A stretch of DNA of 64,000 bases from Squalus acanthias (GCA_030390025.1 CM059432.1:52578001-52642000); one strand, 5' to 3'. Shown: positions 1-12,595, counted from the stretch's first letter. The notes: a model not told the origin generated them from the letters alone. A program made the numbers and translations.

Positions 1-940
1 GAGCACGGAGAGGTCATGAGGGGAGATCGGAGAGAAACTGGAGAAAGATGTGAGTTCAGGGCTAGGGCAGGGGGGAACCTTAGAGGAAGTTTAGCCCAGT
101 GGGCTAGGGGAAGGAAGGGAAGTGGCAGAGGCAGCTGAATGGATGGTCTCAATCTTAGAGACAAAGTTATCTGAGGTGAGGGTGGAGGAGACAGGGGAGA
201 GGGGTTTAAGAAGACGGTTAGCAGTAGAGAATAGGAGCCGGGGTTTATCTTTGCATTCCAGAATGATTCTGGAATAGTGAGCAATTTTGGTAGACAAGAT
301 CAGGGCCCGATAATGCTTTATGTGGTCCAGCCAGATCTGGCGGTGAATGGCTAAACCAGTTGTCCGCCATATCCGTTCGAGTCTGCATCCCTTGGACTTA
401 AGGGAGCGAAAATGAGAGCTGTACCAGGGGGAACGGCCAGGGTGAGAGAGGGTAATTGTTTTAGTAGGGATTAGGGCATCAAAGGTGGTGGTGAGGGTGT
501 GGTTGAGCAGATCGGTAGCTGCAGAAATGTCATGGTGAATGGAGGGCCAGAGGCTGGACAGTTGGGATTTCATAAGTGCAGTTGTATGTAAGAGAGTTGG
601 GAGAGTGTTTTTTCCAGGGGCGGACACAGAAGGAAGAAGGGTTGGGGGTGGGTGGAAGGGGGATGTGGGTGGAGAGTGATACGAGGAAATGGTCAGAGAT
701 GGCTTTATCTGCAATTGACATGATGGGAGTAGCGAGGCCACAAGAGATGGCAAGGTTGAGGGGGTGGCTGTGAATATGGGTTGGGGAGTTTACATGGAGC
801 GAGAGATTAAGGGAGGATAGGAGGCTCGTGAACTCAGAGGAGAGAGAGCATGATGAATTGAGATGGAGGTTGAAATCACTGAGGATGAGAAGTCGTTCGG
901 TGCAGAGGTTAAGGGAGGAGAACAGTGAAGATATCTCAGT
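1..940 (-). mobile_element. L2-clade LINE fragment (endonuclease/linker region of ORF2), degenerate
   Basis: ORFs 530..1027 and 91..753 carry APE-endonuclease motifs (SDFNLH, PTH, SDHFLV) followed by SPWY and KPRLLFST. Homologous sequence recurs at 14.5 kb. Confidence 0.75.
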
Positions 941-1298
941 AATAACATTTTTATGGTAATTTTCTGAGGCGCCACTAGTGTTGCAGAGCTCCCAGGGGCA
1001 TGGGTTGTGAAATGGGCTGCACAGCATTCATTTAATGGCTGGAAAATTGTAAGTATCGTGCGTGCGCTCAATTTTCTGACATGCTCCCAGCATATGAAGC
1101 TCTGCACAGGTGGCACTAAAGATGAAAATTTGCTCCATTGTTTGCTGTTTGTGGGAAAGATCTCAAAATGAAGGCAACCAAACTGAAAAGACATATTTCA
1201 GAACTATTTATGATGCGGAGATGCCGGTGTTGGACTGGGGTGGACAAATGTGAGAAGTCGCACAACACCAGGTTATAGTCCAACAGCTTTATTTGAAA

Positions 1299-1335
1299 TC
1301 ACAAGCTTTCGGAGCGCTGCTCCTTCGTCAGGTGA
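1299..1335 (-). ncRNA. Minimal type I hammerhead ribozyme in PLE pseudo-LTR
   Basis: Minus strand reads UCAC-CUGACGA-A-GGAGC-AGC-GCUCC-GAAAGCUU-GUGA: core CUGAnGA/GAAA, 5-bp stem II, 4-bp stem I, palindromic AAGCUU stem III. Confidence 0.8.
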
Positions 1336-1667
1336 AGTGAAGAGATGCATATAGGCACAGCATATATAGTCAGAGAACACTGCCAGATGATTACAGTTAA
1401 TCTTTCCAACTGCCCTTTATCACACCTCGGCAGAGAGATAATCACGGCAATCAAAGGTGTGGATGGTGTCCAAACAGGTCAGTCAGGAAAACATTACATC
1501 AAAGACAATGAGGTGGGGTCACAAGGGGTCAAATGTGGCAGATGCTGGGGTCTGTATGGAAAACAAAAAACTTTTTTTGCTGGAAATCATAGCAGGTCCG
1601 GCTGCATCTGTGTAGAGAGAACAAGCCAACGCCGACTCGAGTCTGGATGACTCTACGTCAGGTGAGG

Positions 1668-3237
1668 TTACATGTAGCGTGACATGAACCCAAGATCCCG
1701 GTTGAGGCCGTCCTCATGGGTGCGGAACTTGGCTATCAGTTTCTGCTCGATGATTTTGCGTTGTCGTGTGTCTCGAAGGCCGCCTTGGAGAACGCTTACC
1801 CGCAGATCGGAGGCTGAATGTCCTTGACTGCTGAAGTGTTCCCCGACTGGGAGGGAACACTCCTGCCTGGCGATTGTTGCGCGGTGTCCGTTCATACATT
1901 GTTGCAGTGTCTGCATGGTCTCGCCGATGTACCATGCTCCGGGGCATCCTTTCCTGCAACGTATGAGGTAGACAACATTGGCCGAGTCACATGAGTATGT
2001 ACCAGTACCTGGTGGGTGGTGTCCTCATGTGTGATGATGGTATCTGTGTTGATGATCTGGCATGTCTTGCAGAGGTTGCCGTGGCAGGGTTGTGTGGTGT
2101 CGTGGTCGCTGTTCTCCTGAAAGCTGGATAATCTGCTGCGAACGATGGTCTGTTTGAGGTTAGGCGGCTGTTTGAAGGCGAGTAGTGGGGGCGTGGGGAT
2201 GGCCTTAGCGAGGTGTTCGTCGTCATTGATGACATGTTGAAGGCTGCGAAGACATGGCGTAGTTTCTCCGCTCCGGGGAAGTACTGGACGACGTAGGGTA
2301 CTCTGTTGGTTGTGTCCCGTGTTTGTCTTCTGAGGAGGTCTATGCGATTTTTCGCTGTGGCCCGTCGGAACTGTCGATCGACGAGTCGAGCATCATATCC
2401 CGTTCTTACGAGGGCGTCTTTCAGCGTCTGTAGGTGTTCATCGCGTTCCTCCTCGTCGAAGCAGATCCTGTGTATTCGCAGGGCTTGTCCATAGGGGATG
2501 GCTTCTTTAACGTGGTTAGGGTGGAAGCTGGACAAGTGGAGCATCGTGAGGTTGTCCGTGGGCTTGCGGTAGAGTGAAGTGCTGAGGTGTCCGTCTTTGA
2601 TGGAGATTCGTGTGTCCAAGAATGAAACTGATTCTGAGGAGTAGTCCATGGTGAGTTTGATGGTGGGATGGAACTTGTTGATGTTATTGTGTAGTCTTTT
2701 CAGTGATTCTTCGCCGTGGGTCCATAGGAAGAAAATGTCGTCAATGTATCTGGTGTATAGCGTTGGTTGGAGGTCCTGTGCAGCGAAGAAGTCTTGCTCG
2801 AACTTGTGCATGAAGATATTGGCGTATTGGGGTGCGAATTTGGTCCCCATGGCTGTTCCGTGTGTTTGGGTAAAAAACTGGTTGTCGAAGGTGAAGACAT
2901 TGTGGTCAAGGATGAAGCAAATGAGTTGTAGGATGGCGTCTGGAGTTTGGCTGTTGTTGGTGTTGAGTACTGAGGCTGTCGCAGCGATGCCGTCATCGTG
3001 GGAGATACTGGTGTAGAGTGCCGAGACATCCATCGTGGCGAGGAGTGTTCCTGGTTCAACTGGTCCGTGGGTGCTGAGTTTCTGTAAGAAGTCTGTAGTG
3101 TCGCGACAGAAGCTGGGGGTTCCCTGTACGATGGGTTTCAGGATGCCCTCGACGTATCCAGAGAGGTTCTCACACAGGGTTCCGTTGCCTGATACGATAG
3201 GACGTCCGGGTGTGTTGGCTTTGTGTATCTTTGGGAT
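1668..3237 (-). pseudogene. PLE polyprotein remnant: reverse transcriptase + GIY-YIG endonuclease, frameshifted
   Basis: DVSALYTSI, GTAMGTKFAPQYAN, RYIDD, FLD, LYRKPT motifs (1987..3033). C-terminal HF...H, EQKLI..F.T...GLNRD motifs (1668..1916). Confidence 0.9.
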
Positions 3238-4129
3238 ATACTATTTATAGTAGTGAAATAATGTATGAAAATATTTTCTTTGGAACAAATGTGACACCTC
3301 CTACCACAGAAGGACAAGCACGTGCATGAAGATGTGAAACCTGAGAAAGATAACTTGGACACCGGAGGACTAATGACCTGAAGTCAGTGACTCAAAGGAA
3401 ACTGGAATATAATAAACAAACAACAGTTCCACGGTACCAGAGAAGCCTATTGAAGTGTCTAATCATATCCTTACTTGCTTACAGTACATTATTGCCAAGT
3501 GCTTCAAACGGCTCCACGGGGGAGAAAGTGCATTCCCAAAGTCTCAGGAGTCTAGTAAGCAGACCTATTAACATACAGTCCGTCCATTGCGTTCTGCCCG
3601 AGAGCAGCTCCTAACTCAAGTCTCGCACATGAGATTCTTCAGCCACTTACTGGGGAAGAGTAGCTGTGATGGTTTCCTGTTGCCTTCCTTACGGTTTTTA
3701 TCTTCTAAGCACCTTTTCTTAAGTGGGCGACAACCAAGGCTAAAAAGCCCTAATTACCTTTTATCATGGAGGCAGAGTGGGTAGGAGCTCTCGCACCTAT
3801 TGGATGCCAGTACCTGTACCCCACTGTATGTCAATCCAGTATTCAGAACCGGTGTTGAGCTCTTCTGACTCCAAGACGGGAATACTACTACTGAGCCAGT
3901 AGTCGCTCTGTCTGAATGTGAGAGCCCTGCTGGATGTTAACCCAGTATTTAGAGACCATATTCTAGTTTCCACTTGCTGAGACTGTTTGGAGCGGGGCTT
4001 GAACCCTTCATCTTCTGACTTAATGGCAGGAATGCTTTGACTAAATCAAAGCTTCACTCCCCTAAAATCAATAAAAGCACTATTTGCAACATCAACCTTA
4101 ATCAACTTGCTAATAGATACAAGATTAAA

Positions 4130-4395
4130 TGTAAGAAATTTAGATCACAGGGCAGGAGAAAATTCTTTACAGAGAGTTTTGAGGTTGAGGAATTCACTTC
4201 CAGGGTTAGTAGTTGAGGCAGAAACTATATCAACATCCAAGATTAAATTGGATATATGGATGAAGGAAATGTGGTTGAAAGGATATAGGAACAGGGCGTA
4301 AATACGATTAGATCACTTGGAGGGTAAATGTCGACATGGACTAGTTGGGCTGAACAACCTCTTTCCGTAATATAACTTCTGGGTATTTCTATGTA
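4130..4395 (+). mobile_element. Degenerate CR1 LINE 3' end
   Basis: Resembles the FF.QRV..LWNSLP..VVEA C-terminus and 3' tail of other CR1 copies in the window. Confidence 0.6.
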
Positions 4396-4744
4396 TTTCT
4401 CCCAAGGCCTCTGAAGGCCTTTCTGGAGAGTACTGGAGCCAGCATTCAGTTCTGTAGTGAGCTGGCCGCAATCCAGGGTACCATCAACAACAACAACAAC
4501 AACTTGTATTTATATAGCGCCTTTAACATAGTAAAACGTCCCAAGGTGCTTCACAGGAGCGTTATCAACAAAATTTGAGCATTATCAACCAGTCATTCAT
4601 GTATAGATTCCTGATGTGTCCTCCTGGCACACAGTGCCCCGTGCTGGGATTGTTCATTTGTAATGTCAACCCATTGACATTTTTTTGCTACAGACAGATT
4701 TAATGCTATCCTACACATTCAATCCAAGATTTTCTATTATACGA

Positions 4745-5430
4745 GTACATTGGCTCCCGGTCCGGCAACATCTCGATTTTAAAATTCTCATCCTTGTTTT
4801 CAAATCCCTCCATAGCCTTGCCCCCTCCTTATCTCTGCAACCTGCTCCAGTTCTACAAACCTCCGAGATCTCTGCACTCTTCCAATTCTGGCCTCTTGAG
4901 CTTCCCCTATTTTACTGCTCCACCATTGGCGGCCGTGCCTTCAGCTGCCTAGTCCATAAGCTGTGGAATTTCCTCCCTAAAACTCTGTGCCTCTCTATCT
5001 CTCTCTTCTTCTTTAAGACGGTCCTCAAAACCTACCTTTTTGATCAAGCTTTTGGTCACCTGTCCTAATATCTCCTTGGACACGACTGCTGCCAACGAAC
5101 TGGAAGAGTTCTGTGCATGCGCACTGCCGGTTCATCACGGGACTGGGTTCGTTAAAAAAATTTTTAAAGCCGGGAAGGGAGCGGGCTGGTGAGAAAAAGC
5201 CGGGAAGGGAGCGGGCTCATTTTTGTGACCGTTTTTTAAAAAGCAGAAACATCATGCTTCCGGTTGTTGGAGTGCGCAGTACGTTTCTGCGCAGCTTCCG
5301 GTTCGTTGGCAGCAGTCACTCCGTATCTCCTTATGTTGCTCGGTGTCACATTTGTTTGATAGTACTCCTGTGAAGCACCTTGGGATGTTTAGGCGCTATA
5401 TAAATGCAAGTTGTTGTTGTTGCTGTTGTT
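4745..5430 (+). mobile_element. L2 LINE 3' end, interrupted by a MITE at 5078-5323
   Basis: HWLPV...FKILILVFKSLH...GGRAFS...LWN...FK..LKTYLF, then tail ctatataaatgcaagttgttgttg. Confidence 0.85.
5078..5323. mobile_element. MITE with about 28-bp TIRs and 9-bp TSD (Mutator/MULE-like)
   Basis: TIR GACTGCTGCCAACGAAC(T/C)GGAAG at both ends. TATCTCCTT is duplicated at 5069-5077 and 5324-5332. Confidence 0.8.
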
Positions 5431-5697
5431 GCTATGCAGAGAGTCTAGGTTTGTCCGACAAAGAAAACACACCAGAGAAACGTGAGGGGTTGGAGCTTTT
5501 TTTATGGGAGCCAAGAAGGTTGAGGGGTGATGAGGTAGAGACCTTTAAGATTATGAAGAATAAATAGTGCTGGATTGTTTCCATTGTCAGCAAGACAGTA
5601 ACACGAGATCACAGATATAAGATGATCACAAAAAGAATTGAAGGAGAGGTAAGAAGAAAGTTTCTTTACACAGAGGTTGGTTCGAATGTGAAATACT

Positions 5698-7263
5698 GGG
5701 GGAAATTCTAATGTTCTGACGCACTGGGAGCGGAGGGGTCAGTAGCGCGTGGGAAACCCAGAAGTCTAAGTTTCCCCGTGTGCTGTGGAGATTTAACTAC
5801 GCAGTGTGCATGTGACATTACTGACAGGCTCCCCGCCCGGAAGTCGGCCTGATTGAGAGGTTTGGCCTCCAGTCGGGTGGGGAACACTGGAGAGCAGGCC
5901 GCAGCCCCAGGTAGGTCCGAGCACCGACCCCAGAGGGGTCCGATCCCCGGGGGGGTCCAATCCCTGACCCCAGGGGGTGCGATCCCGGGGGGGTCCAATC
6001 CCGACCCCAGGGGGTCCGATCCCAGGGGGGTCCAATCCCCGACCCCAGAGGGTCCGATCCCAGGGGGGTCCAATCCCCGACCCCAGGGGGTCCGATCCCA
6101 GGGGGGTCCAATCCCCGACCCCAGGGGGTCCGATCCCAGGGGGGGTCCAATCCCTGACCCCAGGGGGTCCAATCCCGGGGGCGGGGGTCCAATCCCCGAC
6201 CCCAGGGGGTCCGATCCCAGGGGGGTCCAATCTCCAACCCCAGGGGGTCCGATCCCAGGGGGTTGGGTCCAATCCCCGACCCCAGGGAGTCCGATCCCAT
6301 GGGGGTCCAATCTCCAGCCCCAGGGGGGCCGATCCCGGGGGGGTGGGTCCAATCCCCGACCCCAGGGGATCTGATCCCGGGGGGTCCAATCCCCGACCCC
6401 AGGGGAGCTGATCCCGGGGGGTTGGGTCCAATCCCCGACCCCAGGGGGTCCGATCCCGGGGGGTCCAATCCCCGACCCCAGGGGGTCCGATCCTGGGAAG
6501 GGTGCAATTCCCGACCCCGGTGTGGGTCCGATCCTGGGGGTGTCCGATCCCCAACCCCAGGGTGGGGGGGGCTTATATGGGGGTGGCTGATGATGGGGTG
6601 CTTGGGGGAAGCACTCCTGCTCCTCCTAGCCCACAAGGAATGCTCCCCAGCCGGCCACAGCGACACCTGGAGATTCAACTCAACAGCGTGTGTCTGACGA
6701 CATTGACAGGTTCCCCACCCGGAAATCAGCCTGATTGACAGGCTTGGCTTCCAGTCGTGCGGAAAGCACTCTAGAGGAGGCCGCAAGATGAGATAGGTCT
6801 GATCCCCTACCCCGGGGGGGATCCAATCCCGGGATGTCCGATCCCCGACCTGGGGGGGGGGGAGTCTGATCCCTGACCCCGGGGGAAGTTTGTATGGGTG
6901 GGGGGGGGGCTGATGGTGGAGACTTGGGGGGCTGGGAGGAAGCATTCCTGCTACTCCCAGCCCACAAGGAGTGCTCCCTGAGGCTGTCCTCGTCTCGCTG
7001 CAGCTGCCAGGATTCCCGAGGCCAGGAAACCCGGCCGGCCACAGGTTAAATCCGATGGTTCCAGCCTCATTATCATATTTAAAGTGCCAACTCGCCTCTT
7101 GGGAGTGGGCTGGCTTCCCGCTCCCCCCCACTCCCCTCCCGTCCCGCCTCCGGTAAAACCGGAAGTGGGCAGGTTGGAGGCGGGTTGGGGTTGGGATTCA
7201 GACTTTTAGCACTTTAACCTCCCTCCCAACCCAAACCCGCCCATTTTTTGGAGTTAAAACTCC
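5698..7263. mobile_element. Non-autonomous DNA element (Harbinger-type termini) with internal minisatellite
   Basis: Shares subterminal sequence with 8965-9804 and 11419-12595 (cgggaaacccag, gagatttaact, ccggaagtgggc, gttaaaa). Confidence 0.65.
5925..6560. repeat. GC-rich minisatellite, about 38-bp unit (ccccgaccccagggggtccgatcccaggggggtccaat)
   Basis: Directly visible tandem array. It explains the Pro/Gly-rich ORFs in all frames. Confidence 0.9.
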
Positions 7264-7959
7264 TGTATCGCAACCTTTGTTGAAACAGAATGGAACTGGG
7301 TCAGAAATTTCAATGGAATGGTCACCACAAATTCGCTAGAAACAGATACCCTCCTTCAATAGTCTGCCCTGCACTTGGACACTTTCACCTCTGTTTATAA
7401 ATGGAAAGTAATAACACAGTTTAAAAGGAATTTATGAAAAATATTTTTGGTAAAAATATTTTTAGTAAATTTCAACCAAATTCAATACTATAGATACATT
7501 AAGGGGCTGATACCCTGGGCCAAGTTCAAATTCAACAATGTCATCAAATTTTGTCCTGGGCTGTTTTTAATATGTTATAAGTATTTATTGCTGCTGTGAT
7601 TTTACAAAAACATTAGTGAATATAAATGTGCAAAACAGGCAATAGCGAATCGGCAGCCTATTTTACATTCCGCCTGATTTTCTTTTCCATTGACTTCAAC
7701 AAGGAGATCCATCACTGGTCTCAGAATTAGGAAGCATATAATAGCAGTCACCACAGTAGCTGGTGTGTTATTGTTCGATGTCTACAACAACAATCGACAC
7801 TTGTAACATGTCCTTTAAAGTAGTGCAACAATCCAAGATGCTTGCAGCACTCTGGGTTGTACCTGTATTGCCGCCAGCAGAATATTGTTAAGTTTATAAT
7901 GCTTCTTACAATGTTAAATGCAGCATTTATGAATCAGCATTAACCAGAAGACATTAAAC

Positions 7960-8215
7960 TAGGGTGGTAGCCTTAACAGTTATTCCCGGTGTCCTGGCCA
8001 GTATTTATCCCTCAATCAACATCACTAAAAATACAGATTATCTGGTCATTATCACATTGCTGTTTGTGGGAGCTTGCTGTGTGCAAATTGGCTGCCGCGT
8101 TTCCTACTTTACAACAATGACTACACTTCAAAAAGTACTTCATTGGCTGTGAAGCGCTTTGAGACGTCTGGTGGTTGTGAAAGGTGCTATATAAATGCAA
8201 GTCTTTCTTTCTTTT
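7960..8215 (+). mobile_element. DeuSINE/SacSINE1-like SINE 3' half with L2-type tail
   Basis: ccggtgtcctggcc...atttatccctcaa...gtgcaaattggctgccgcgtttcc...ctatataaatgcaagtctttc. Confidence 0.7.
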
Positions 8216-8537
8216 AAGTTTGTGGAATCAGTGTGCTATCCTCCTTGTATAGTTTTTTAAAAAATGGCTCAATATAAAGTAATACTATTCTTTTAAATTA
8301 AGGTAAATTTTAAACAATGTTTGCGCATAAATGAACATTTTTATTTAAAATGCATGCAATTTTCGATGTAACCAGTTTTTATATGATTAATGCCAAGATG
8401 GTGACCCAGCGTGTAATTTCAATAACCAACTGGGTGATGAAAAATCATTATTACAGATTTGATTCCTCTTTGGATTTCATTGCCTATATACAGGGCAACA
8501 AGTATTCTTGTAACAAATTAATGATTCTTCTGACTAG

Positions 8538-8676
8538 CTGATGGTTTCCCACTCCTGCGGAGAGCTTTGTGTGGCTATGTACGTTGCTGATACTGCTGGC
8601 AATGTTCAGGAAATTTTGACTAAAGACACAGCAAAAACTACAACTGGAAGAAAAACCGTTGTCAATACAGATGAAG
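8538..8676 (+). CDS. Probable internal coding exon of an unidentified host gene (LMVSHSCGELCVAMYVADTAGNVQEILTKDTAKTTTGRKTVVNTDE)
   Basis: Acceptor ttcttctgactag, strong donor GAAG|gtgagt, 139 nt open in frame 0 and ending in phase 1, non-repetitive sequence. Confidence 0.6.
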
Positions 8677-8964
8677 GTGAGTAATGGCTATTGTTTCTTT
8701 TTAGTGGGAAAAAGTTTGTCAGTTTACTCTGAAATGGCACTTACAGCAGGTCGACTTATACAACAATTAAAATACTCAGTTAAACAGTAATGGACGCGCG
8801 AAGTACATCAAATGGGCAATTTAAAGAAAAAGGTAGCATGATTGAACAATCAGTTCTTTTGTAACCCATTGTACTGCCGCACAATCATCATCACCATTCA
8901 ACCATATATATTTTAGTAAATGTTACCAAGCACCCTTAAAACACACCTCATTTAAAGAGGCAAT

Positions 8965-9804
8965 GGGGGGGGGATATTTTAACATTTTGATGTGCTGGGA
9001 GCAGGGGGACCCAATAGCCCGCGGGAAACCCAGAGGACTGGGTCTCCCCGCACGCTGTGGAGATTTAACTCCATAGCGTGTGTCTTACATCATTGACAGG
9101 TTCCCCGCCCGGACGTCAGCCTGATTGATAGCCTTGGCTTCCAGTCAGGCAGTGAAGGCTGGAGAAGAGGCCACAAGACCGGGTAGGACCGATCCTCGAC
9201 CCCGAGGGGGGCAATCCGATCCCTGACCCGGGGGGGCGGGGGACTGATTCTAAGGGGGATCCGATCCCTGATCCCGGGGACGTCTGATCCCTGGCCCCAG
9301 GGGTGGTCCGATCCCAGGCGGTGGTCTGATCCTCGGAACCAGGGGGGTCCAATCCCCAATCCTGGGGGTTGGGGGGGGGGGTCAGATCCCTGACCCTGGG
9401 ATTGGTCTGATCCAGGGGAGGGGTTTTGTATGGGTGAGGGTCTGATGGTGGGGAGCTTGGGGGGCCAGGAGGAACCACTCCTTCTACTCCTGACTCACAA
9501 GGAGTGCTCTACGAGGCTGTGCTCACCTCGCTGCAGCTGCCAGGTTTCCCAAGGCCCGGGAAACCTGGCCAGCCACAGTTAAACCTGCTAAGCTGGTTAA
9601 ATCCGAGGCTTCCAGCCTCATTTACATCTTTAAAATGCCAACCCACCTCCTGGGAGCGGGTTGGCTGCCCGCCTCTTGTCCTGCCTGAGTAAAAGCCGGA
9701 AGTTGGCAGGTTGGAGCTGGCTTTCCGACACGCTTCCAATTTTTGCCTAATTAACCCCCACCCGCACCCAATCCCATCCATTCCCCCATGTTAAAATTCC
9801 CCCC
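8965..9804. mobile_element. Non-autonomous Harbinger-type element with internal gatccc-rich repeats
   Basis: TIR GGGGGGA(T)ATTTTAACAT / ATGTTAAAATTCCCCCC, flanks aat/agt. Homologous to 5698-7263. Confidence 0.7.
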
Positions 9805-11418
9805 AGTGGTTCGACAAACATATATATTTGCAAATCTGCTTTAGTTTGGAGAGAAAGAGCAATGTGTATTTTTTTTACAACAATTACATCATATGCAATT
9901 GGCATGATCGTGGGTTTCACAAGTTTTTTGTTAGTTGAGTGTTGCAAACAAATATAAGTTTTGTTTCAATCAGATGGTGACTGTTACAAATTTGGGGTCA
10001 GCTGTAGATACCTTCTTGGGTTTAGTGACATCAGTTGCTTCCTAAGCAGATCCCACATTCCTTACATTCCAGTCTTGAGTGATACTGCCCAATATTTACT
10101 TATACAATAACATAACCCAGGAGGTGTAGCAATGTGTTCCCTTAACCTACAAACTGGATATTGTAAACTTGTACATGCCTCAGAGTGTTCTTCTCCAGCC
10201 TTTCGATAGGTGGAACTGATGAACATTATGATAAGACATGGTTCATGGCAAATCAAGAAACTGGGCTATTGTGACTGGAAAGAGTAGCAGTTCCAGACTT
10301 TTAAAAATTTCTCTTGCAATGCTTCTTTTAAAAGCACAAAACAGCAAAAGCACTATCCCAAACAGCAGATGGAATATTCACTTTTTACTTCTTTTTAGGT
10401 CCGAGATCTTAATTCCCAGCTCAGTCTAAGATCGTGAGGATGTGCAGTCAGTCTAAGATCTGCCTTCTTGCAGCCTTTGTTAGACCTGACTGATCCTCAA
10501 TAAGCTTTTTTGTCTCTTTTTTGCTAATTCTGACTCCAGCAAGCAAAATTTTACCAAGCTACCCTGGCAACTACCTATGCTGAGCTCAAATAAATTGTCA
10601 GCTCAACCAAAGTAGATGAGAATGATCACTGAAATATCCAAATTGACTTTCATTGTCTACACCACGTTGGTTCAGACTTCCTGTCTGAATCTTAATCTAC
10701 ATCTCCAGTACTGTTGTCCTGTGAATTTAACCCCTTTAAAGCTAACTCAATCACAGCATTTTAGCATATATTACACAACGTCCCCTGTGGCAGCATAGTC
10801 GGAAATTCCAAAATGTGACAGGGGTTCTGTCGGCTTTGATGAGTGGTGTATGAAACATCAGCTCATTGATAGCTTTATTAATACTGCCTCATGATTCTGC
10901 TGTTCAACTGTTTAATGCAACAAGTTAGAAACTCCAATAGCAGAGAGAGCAAAAGCATTATTCTATTTACCATTTAACATTTAATTGAACCCTTCTTTTC
11001 TGATCACTTTAAATGGACTTATAAATGAAGTGAAAGTTGCTTAAATTACACTTCATGGTTGAGTAGATTTCCTGATTTTTGATTTAAGGACTCTTCAGTA
11101 GGACTAGCTGTTAGGGAGTGATATCTAAAATGGATAAGTGGGGTAAAACCACCAATCTCTTGATGTTCTTATTACATTGCAACATCCTATTATAAGTGAT
11201 TATTGCATTACTAGTATCCTCTACTTTCCCTTTATGGTTATTGTATACCAAACCAAACATAAAATACACATAAGCCTTTATTTTATTATTGGATTTGGTG
11301 AGAAGCCGACTTTTGAACTTATTTCGCCAGTTTAAATTCTCTATCCACCCTCTCGCATTACTTGTTTTCAAACAATTAATCCTGAGATGCTGTATCAGAA
11401 AACATCTGTAAACATTTA

Positions 11419-12595
11419 GGCCCCGATATTTAGCCAGATTGAGAGGCTGGCTGGCTGTTGGGCAGAGAGGCCTGCAGCTCCAGGCTGCAACCGGGGAACG
11501 TAGAGGAGGGAGGGATTGATCGGGGGTCGGGGGGGGGGGACATTGATTGGAGGGCTGGGAGAGATCGGGGGAGATGGGAAGAAGATCACGGAGGGCTGGA
11601 TTGATCAGGGGAGGGGAGAAAATCGTGGAAGGCTGGAGAGATCAGGGAGATGGGAAGAAGATCGCGGAAGGGCCAGAGAGATCTGTTGGGAAGGGAAGAA
11701 GATTGCAGAGGGCCGGAGAGATCAGAGAAGGAGGGGAGGAGATCGTGGCAGGCCAGGGAGATTGGGGGAGGAGGGGAGAAGATCGCGAAGGGCTGGAGAG
11801 ATTGGAGGAGCATGGGAGAAGATCACGGAAGGGGCCAGAGAGATTTTTAAAAATTCATTTATGGGATGTGGGCGTCGCTGGTATACCAGCATTTATTGCT
11901 CATCTCTAATTGCCCTCGAGAAGGTGGTGGTGAGCCGCCTTCTTGAATCGCTGCAGTCTGTGTGGTGAAGATACTCCCACAGTGCTGTTAGATAGGGAGT
12001 TCCAGGATTTTGACCCAGCAACGACGAAGGAACGGTGATATATTTCCAAGTCAGGATAGTGTGTGACTTGGAGGTGGTGGTGTTCCCACAGAGAATTGGA
12101 GAGGAGGGGAGGACATGAGGGAGGGTGGTGGTGGGCCGAGATCCCAGGCTGTGGAGGATATTGGAAGGGCATCGGAACACGGTGGGGGTGGGGGTGTGGG
12201 TGTGATCGCTGGCGAGGTTAAGAGGAAAGCTTGGTGGTCTGGGAGGAAGCATTCCTGCTCTCCTAGCCCACAAGCAGTGCTGTAAAGGCACTTACCTCTT
12301 TCATGCACCAGTCCTTGCCTCCTTTTAGCTGCCAGGTTTCCCAAGGCCCAGGAAATCCGGTTGGCCAGCGTTAAAGCTGGAACGGGAAAAAAATCTGAGG
12401 AACGCAGTCTCGTTAAAATATTTAAATGAGGGACCCATCTCCTGAGAGTGGGGTTGGTCGCCTGCCTCCCCATCACGCCTCTGTCAAAACCGGAAGTGGG
12501 CGGGTTCGAAGCAGGTTGGGGCCGGGTTTGAAATTTTTTATATTTTTACTTCCCACTCAACCCAAACCCACCCGTTTTTGCGGGTTAAAATTCCC
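11419..12595. mobile_element. Non-autonomous Harbinger-type element with purine-rich gagatc repeats and an inserted LINE tail (about 11850-12090, minus)
   Basis: Right end matches 7130-7263 and 9650-9804. The insert matches the 3' tail of the 33.7-36.7 kb LINE. Confidence 0.6.

Larger units (their letters stand above)
1212..3239 (-). mobile_element. 5'-truncated Penelope-like retroelement with 3' pseudo-LTR
   Basis: RT and GIY-YIG ORFs, pseudo-LTR about 1212-1667 with hammerhead and AATAAA (1288-1293, minus), and a 9-bp flanking duplication ACTATTTAT (1203-1211 / 3240-3248). Confidence 0.92.

Noticed and set aside
987..1048. Possible exon (ttgcag…AAAATT|gtaagt; LPGAWVVKWAAQHSFNGWKI)
   Set aside because: Weak polypyrimidine tract and no recognisable homology. 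Cannot be supported from sequence alone.
3249..3433. Coding-looking unique sequence after the PLE
   Set aside because: All three forward frames contain stops and no consistent acceptor/donor pair was found.
5708..7131. Long Pro/Gly-rich collagen-like ORFs on both strands
   Set aside because: They arise from a stop-poor GC minisatellite open in most frames. No sustained Gly-X-Y register or splice support.
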